64,000 bases of DNA from contig NC_057718.1 in assembly GCF_004010195.1 (NCBI RefSeq), forward strand, positions 102,284,079 to 102,348,078. The letters are read 5' to 3'. This DNA is from Chiloscyllium plagiosum. Taxonomy: Eukaryota. Shown one piece after another: positions 60,582-64,000 of this stretch (position 1 is the first letter of the stretch; every line of letters starts with the position of its first letter). The notes under the pieces were generated by a model. That model worked only from the letters and a program-made list of their open reading frames with translations, was not told the origin of the DNA and ran no database searches. The position numbers were made by a program, and so were the translations under genes.

Positions 60582-61530
60582 TGTTTTTCATCATTGATAT
60601 AAATGAATTGGATGTGAGCCAATACTTAGTAAGTTTGCAGATGACACCAAAATTGGAGGTGTAGTGGACAGCAAAGAAGGTTACCTCAGATTACAATGGG
60701 ATCTTGATCAGGGCTGAGGAGTGGCAGATGGAGATTAATTTAGATAAATGTGAGGTGCAGCATTTTAGGAAAGCAAATCTTAGTAGGACTTATACACTTA
60801 ATGGTAAGGTCCTAGGGATTGTTGCTGAACAAAGAGACCTTGGAGTACAGGGTCATAGTTCCTTGAAAGTAGAGTCGGAGGTAGATAGGATTGTGAAGGC
60901 GATGTTTGGTATGCTTTCCTCTCTTGGTCAGAGTATTGAATACGGGAGTTGGGAGGTCATGTGGCGGCTGTACAGGACATTGGTTAGGCCATTGTTGGAA
61001 TATTGCGTGCAATTCTGGTCTCCTTCCTATTGGAAAGATGTTGTGAAACTTGAAAGGGTTCAGAAAAGGTTTACAAGGATGTTGCCAGGGTTGGAGGATT
61101 TGAGCTATAGGGAGGGGCTGAACCTGCTGGGGCTGTTTTCCCTGGAGCGTCAGAGGCTGAGGGGTGACCTTATAGAGGTTTATAAAATCAAGAGGGGAAT
61201 GGATAGGATAAATAGACAAAGTCTTTCCTTGGGGTCGGGGAGTCCAGAACTAGAGGGCATAGGTTTAGGGTGAGAGGGGGAAGATATAAGAGTGACCTAA
61301 GGGGCAACTTTTTCGTGCAGAGGTGGGTACGTGTATGGAATGAGCTGCAAGGGGAAGTGGTAGAGGCTGGTACAATTGCAACATTTAAAAGGCATCTGAA
61401 TGGGTACATGAATAGGAAGGGTTTGGAGGGATATGGACCGGGTGCTGGCAGGTGGGATTAGATTGGTTTGGGATATCTGGTCGACATGGACGGGTTGGAT
61501 CGAAGGGTCTGTTTCCATGCTGTACATCTC
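60582..61530 (+). mobile_element. Young CR1 LINE 3' fragment
   Basis: ORFs 60704-61273 and 61270-61461 are the CR1 ORF2 C-terminus with one frameshift. Confidence 0.93.
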
Positions 61531-61549
61531 TTTGAAGCTAAAATACAAC

Positions 61550-62412
61550 TGATCCATTTGCAATTGATGCAAATTCTTAAAACTCCACTTCCCACCTTCC
61601 ACTTCAGGACATCTAAAGTTCTGCTGCCTAAGTCCCATTTACCTATGCTTACTGATTTCCATCGGTTCGGAGTTAAACAATTATTTGCTTTTTAAAAAAT
61701 TGTGATTCACATTTTCAAAACTTTCCATCAGTTCATCCCTTTTAAACGTCTTCGCCATCTAAACCTCTTCCTATCTCTGTAACTTACATCTCCCTGTTTC
61801 TGTATCCTCCTCGAGCCGTGAGACCCCTCCCTATCCCTGTAACCTCCTCCTGCACTTCAACCCCTCCCCATCGCTAACATCTCCAGCGCCATTTATATTC
61901 AGTTACCTTCTCCAACCCCAGACCTCTCTCATCTCTATAACCTCCTCCAACCCATACACTTCTCACTATATCTGTCATCTCCTCCAGTCCATAAAACTCT
62001 CCCATCTCTATCCCCTCCCTCTCTCCTAAACTTCCCCCAACTCCTAGACCTCTCCTTATCACTATAACTTCCCCACTGCCCTTTCAAACCTCCCCACCAC
62101 TGTCAACTCCTCCAGCCTCACAACCCACCACAATACTGGTACTCCTCTACCTCCGGCCATTTGATCATCCTGATTTTAATCCCTTCACTGCTGGCAGCCA
62201 TGCCTTCAGCTACACAAGCCCTTAGTTCTTCAATTTCTTCAGTAAATGTCACCTTGCCTCAGTTTCTCCTCCTTAAACCTTACCTCTTTGACTAAGTTTT
62301 CTTCATTGGTTCTATTATCTCCTGATGTGGTTCGGTTTGCTCTAAAGCACTTCTGTGAAGCATCTTGGGGTGCTTGACTACATCAAAGGCAGGGTATGAG
62401 CACAAGTTGTTT
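61550..62412 (+). mobile_element. L2-like LINE 3' end with internal C/T-rich minisatellite
   Basis: ttttcaaa...tgccttcagct...ccttaaaccttacctctttgac...tgtgaagcatcttggg...caagttgtt tail; ~32-nt unit repeated at 61760-62125. Confidence 0.65.
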
Positions 62413-62834
62413 TTCTAGAGCTGCCTCCTTAAGTTGAAGTTCAAGATGACAACACAGAGACAGCATTAACTCCAGAAAGCAACTAATGATAACAATATAA
62501 GGAGTTTTAGAGCCACTCACATCACTAAACAAAACTTGGGATTACACCCTATGACAAGCCAGTGATCCCAGAGTTTATTTTGTATCAAAGAGTAATTACC
62601 ACTTCCTCCACTCAACATCAGTGTGGTTTAGTGAGACAGATAGGTGAAGGTAGCACTGCCAGAAAATGCGAGGCTGTACCTAAATCAATATACCAAACAC
62701 CAATTGCAAACCTCCAAAGTCCTTGAATCTGTATAGCACTCATTACAAATCAGGATGTCTGAAAATGTTTCAGTCAGGTCCTCTCCTGCTCTTCTAAGAG
62801 TGTCACAGATATCCTGGAACTTAAATCATAACGT

Positions 62835-64000
62835 TAGTCTGCAGCTGCAGTGAGGGATTGGTAAGGTAAATGGAATGTTACCTTTTATTGCCAGGGGAAT
62901 GGAATATAAAAGTAAGGATGTTCTGTGACAGCTGCATTTTGCACAGGTGAAACCTTAGCAGGGGTACCGTGTGCAGTTTTGGTCTCCTTATTTAAGAAAG
63001 GATGCAATTGTATTATAGGCAGTTCAGAAAATGAGACGGCTATTTATGAGGAAATATCAGACAGGCTGTGCTCCATCTACTGGAATTTAGAAGATAAAAA
63101 GTGCTGACTTTTCAGGCTAGAAGGTGGCGTGTAGTGGTTAGTATTGAGACGCTTGCCTTTTCTGACATACATAAATGATGTAGATCTTGATGTATAGTGG
63201 ACAATTGTGAAATTTGTAGATGACCCAAAACTTGGAAAAACTGTATTCAGTGGGGAGGACAGTGTAGAACATCAACAGAACATTGACGTGTTGGTGGGGT
63301 GGGCAGATGGGTAGCAGGACAAGTGAGAGGTGATGCACTTGGATACAAAGATCATGGAGAGTCAGTATAAAATAAAGGATACAATTTGAAAAAGTGTGCA
63401 GGAGTAGAGAGACTTGGATGTGCCTCACTATGTGAAATACATGAATGCATTGCTGGGGGGTTGCAAAAGGTTATCAGAATGGTGACATGGATGGGACACT
63501 TGAGAAATGAGGAAAATGTGTAGAAGTTGGGCATGTTTTTCCAGAGAGAGAGGCAAATAGGAGATTTGATGACAGTTTTCAAGAACCTGAGTGGATAGGG
63601 AGAAACTATTCCCGCTCATAAAAGGATTTACATCTAGAAAGCACAGTTTTAAAGTGTTTTGCAAAAAGAAGCAAATGTGAGGTGAGAAAAATCTTTTTCA
63701 TGCAGCGAATAGTAAGGATACAGAATGCACTGCTTGTGATGGAAGTAGGTTCTACTGAGGCATTGAAGAGGGCAATGGATGATTATTTAAAGAGAAACAA
63801 TGGGTAGAGCTAGCAGGGAGAAAGGCAGGAGGGTAGCATTAAAGTTAAAGCTCTTAGAGCCAGTGCAGACATAATGGGCTGAATGGTCTCCTCCTGCACT
63901 ATAACAACTGAGAGATTCTGTGAGGCATACAAGATCCCAAGAGGAGTTGAAAGGTTGGATGCTGAGAGGATTTCTCTCCTGTGGAAGAGACTAGAATTAG
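62835..64000 (+). mobile_element. Cluster of decayed CR1 fragments
   Basis: aaggtaaatggaatgtta...ttttggtctccttattt; aaatttgtagatgac...; aatctttttcatgcagcga...; gggctgaatggtctcctcctg. Confidence 0.75.

Overview
Eukaryotic, repeat-rich DNA, most likely from a cartilaginous fish (shark). This is inferred from HE1/V-SINE-like SINEs, abundant CR1 LINE pieces and the gene architecture. The only host gene I can support is the 3' half of APLF (aprataxin- and PNK-like factor) on the minus strand. Six GT-AG exons (37828-37647, 36740-36337, 29934-29815, 28309-28263, 24735-24694, 22751-22552) splice in frame and encode two PBZ zinc fingers and the acidic histone-chaperone tail. The FHA and Ku-binding exons were not found and probably lie beyond 64 kb. 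The rest is transposon debris: a two-LTR Gypsy element with Gmr1-like order (integrase before RT) nested in a probable Harbinger remnant, a related solo LTR, an ORF2-deleted L1 with TSDs, a Penelope (GIY-YIG) remnant, many CR1/L2 fragments, SINEs and MITEs. The most striking pattern outside the ORF track is a set of short Penelope-type elements from at least four sequence families. They carry minimal hammerhead-ribozyme motifs (CTGANGA-stem-GAAA-NUH), are often arranged as inverted pairs or hairpins, and several are flanked by clean 9-16 bp target-site duplications. There is a 120-N assembly gap at 52983-53102.
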